Of a DNA stretch of 7,774 nt, positions 6,088 to 7,774 are shown piece after piece (the first letter of the stretch is position 1; each line of letters starts with the position of its first letter). A model generated the notes under the pieces. It made no database searches, had not been told where the DNA came from, and was given only the letters and a program-made list of their open reading frames with translations. The position numbers and the translations under genes were made by a program. Source of the DNA: Caedibacter taeniospiralis (GTDB lineage: Bacteria; Pseudomonadota; Gammaproteobacteria; Francisellales; Francisellaceae); NCBI RefSeq assembly GCF_002803295.2, contig NZ_PGGB02000001.1, positions 111,827-119,600 of the forward strand. The letters run 5' to 3'.

Positions 6088-6194
6088 CTTCCAATCACAT
6101 ACCACGAAAAATTATAAGGCGTGTAAATACTCTGGTAATTCCCACTCAGGATCGCTACCATGTCCCAAAGTTTCTATTTTGCATAAAATCAGCC

Positions 6195-7774
6195 ATGGCT
6201 AAGAAAATTTATATCGGTTCCTCTAATTTTGAGAAAATCATTACAGGCAATGGCTTATTTGTCGATAAGAGTCTGTTTATTAAAGAAATCATTGAGGATA
6301 CTAGTGATGTGATCCTGATCACGCGCCCCAGACGCTTTGGCAAGACCCTAAACATGTCCATGCTGCATCACTTCTTTGCCGCTAAAATTGGTTTTATTGA
6401 AACCCAGGGCTTGTTTGATCATCTCGCTATTGCCAGGGAAGATAATGGTTTTTACCTTAAGGAGTATCAGGGCAAATATCCCGTGATCTTTGTGAGCTTT
6501 AAAGATATTAAGGCACGTGATTATCAGACGGTACTTGGGCAGCTAACTTATCTTGCTCGCGATGCTTTTAATGTGCATGACTATTTGCTGGAATCACACG
6601 CATTAAGTGTGACGGATAAAAAAATCTTTGAAAGCTATCTGGAGATGGAAACTTTCAACACCTACAAAATCGATGTTAGTTTACGGTTTTTAAGCCAATT
6701 GTTGTATAAACACCACCGCCAAAAAGTAGTCATTTTAATCGACGAATATGACACCCCTTTAAATGCTGCTTATGTTGAGAACTATATTGAAGACTTAACC
6801 CCTTTGATGCGTAATCTAATGAGCAATACCTTTAAGGACAATGACGCACTTCACAAAGGTGTTATGACAGGCATTTTACGCGTCTCCAAAGACAGTATGC
6901 TCTCAGGCTTAAATAACCTTGAAGTCTATACAATTTTGGATAAAGAATATCGCGAATATTTTGGCTTTAGCAACAAAGAGCTTGATGAATTATATCAGGA
7001 TCAGGGTTTGATTGCGGATAGAGAAAATGCCAAAAAATGGTATAACGGTTATAACTTTGCAGGACTTCAGATTTACAACCCCTGGTCGATTTTAAATTGT
7101 CTGCATAAAGATGGAAAATTTGATGACTATTGGGTGCATACTTCCAATAACAAAATGATTGAAACCCTGCTGCTGAAATTCCGTGAAGATGTGCATCCTG
7201 CGGTGACGCAATTGATGGAATATAAGACGGCAGAAGTCATTATCGATCGCCATGTGACCTATGACACGCTGGATATTCAATCGAGCAGTTTATGGAGTTT
7301 GTTGCTGTTTGCAGGCTATCTCACTACCGAAAGCTGTGAAGCAACCGGTAAACTCCTGTATGGTTGCCAGGTTAAGCTCCCAAATATCGAAATTGTTCAT
7401 TTACTTAATTATTACTTCGATATGTGGTTTAGCACACGTTTAGGCGTACAGTATCAATCGTTTTTAAATAATCTGGTTGAAGGCAAGGTGGAGAAGTTCA
7501 GTGAGCAATTAAATACTTATCTCACTGAAGCCTTAAGTGTCAGAGACACAGGCTATACCGCCGAGAAGTTTTATCATGGATTGGTGTTGGGTTTAATCGC
7601 GTCATTAAGAGCGACTCATCTTATCCACTCCAATCGTGAATCAGGGGATGGTTATCCTGATGTGCTGATTTATCCTTTGGCAAATAATCAAAAGCACGAT
7701 TTAGGCATTGTGATGGAATTTAAGCATGCCAGGGAAGATGGCAGCGAAAATCAGGAAATACTGGCAGAGAAAGC
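6195..7774 (+). CDS. AAA-ATPase-like domain protein with a C-terminal PD-(D/E)XK nuclease-like domain (uncharacterised family; 3' end beyond the window)
   Basis: My own translation from the ATG at 6195 is open to the window end (526 codons). It reads MAKKIYIGSSNFEKIITGNGLFVDKSLFIKEIIEDTSDVILITRPRRFGKTLNMSMLHHFF...KVVILIDEYDTPLN...GVMTGILRVSKDSMLSGLNNLEVYTILDKEYREYFGFSNKELDELY...KKWYNGYNF...IYNPWSILNCL...DYWVHTSNN...EKFYHGLVLGLIASL...SNRESGDGYPDVLIYPL...DLGIVMEFKHA. It has a Walker-A-like RPRRFGKT and a Walker-B-like ILIDEYD. The N-terminal signature (G..NF..I......VDKS) matches my memory of the 'predicted AAA-ATPase' family, and the tail E-S-G-x-G-x-PD...hhhEFK matches PDDEXK_9. I saw no strong Shine-Dalgarno sequence. 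Confidence 0.85.
   Translation, partial: MAKKIYIGSSNFEKIITGNGLFVDKSLFIKEIIEDTSDVILITRPRRFGKTLNMSMLHHFFAAKIGFIETQGLFDHLAIAREDNGFYLKEYQGKYPVIFVSFKDIKARDYQTVLGQLTYLARDAFNVHDYLLESHALSVTDKKIFESYLEMETFNTYKIDVSLRFLSQLLYKHHRQKVVILIDEYDTPLNAAYVENYIEDLTPLMRNLMSNTFKDNDALHKGVMTGILRVSKDSMLSGLNNLEVYTILDKEYREYFGFSNKELDELYQDQGLIADRENAKKWYNGYNFAGLQIYNPWSILNCLHKDGKFDDYWVHTSNNKMIETLLLKFREDVHPAVTQLMEYKTAEVIIDRHVTYDTLDIQSSSLWSLLLFAGYLTTESCEATGKLLYGCQVKLPNIEIVHLLNYYFDMWFSTRLGVQYQSFLNNLVEGKVEKFSEQLNTYLTEALSVRDTGYTAEKFYHGLVLGLIASLRATHLIHSNRESGDGYPDVLIYPLANNQKHDLGIVMEFKHAREDGSENQEILAEK

Noticed and set aside
5879-6161. ORFs at 5879..6094 (-) and 5940..6161 (-) spanning the spacer.
   Set aside because: Their only distinctive sequence (..CFPRSRVGTRV.., ..LPRGNESS..) is the translation of the GC-rich hairpin repeat. 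Such repeat-derived ORFs are a common annotation artefact. I saw no ribosome-binding site.
7092-7443. Small ORFs at 7092..7280 (-) and 7261..7443 (+) within the ATPase-nuclease gene.
   Set aside because: Both lie inside a continuous 526-codon frame with strong family motifs. One is antisense and the other is out of frame, and neither has supporting features.
1-7774. Search for CRISPR arrays, tRNA or rRNA genes, IS transposases, integrases and toxin-antitoxin pairs.
   Set aside because: I found no regularly spaced direct repeats, no cloverleaf-capable segments in the intergenic regions, and no ORFs with transposase or integrase signatures. The only repeats seen are the two short GC-rich hairpin elements and the homopolymer.

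Overview
This is an AT-rich bacterial chromosomal segment. Gene content and repeat style suggest a gammaproteobacterium, possibly Legionellales, but that is low-confidence inference. On the minus strand, an intact RNase II/R-family exoribonuclease (2241-4133) is followed by the 5' part of a non-ribosomal peptide synthetase (NRPS). The NRPS opens with a condensation (C) domain starting at ATG 2136 and continues into an adenylation (A) domain that runs off the left edge. Two features of this NRPS stand out. First, the C and A parts lie in different reading frames, and the switch falls at a 10-nt homopolymer (884-893) that forms an in-phase A_AAA_AAA slippery heptamer on the mRNA. Second, the A domain carries about 40 extra residues between core motifs A1 and A2. 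This insertion is in frame and stop-free, and it is built around a GC-rich double-hairpin palindromic repeat (594-685). On the plus strand, a ydfG-like short-chain dehydrogenase (4257-5030) and an EamA/DMT transporter (5055-5939) form a tight gene pair. A 255-nt spacer with a second GC-rich hairpin repeat follows. After it comes a 3'-truncated gene for an AAA-ATPase-like plus PD-(D/E)XK nuclease-like protein (6195 to the window end). I found no tRNA, rRNA, CRISPR array, transposase or integrase. I found no multi-gene system that looks new. The most unusual signals are the two sequence-level interruptions of the NRPS gene.
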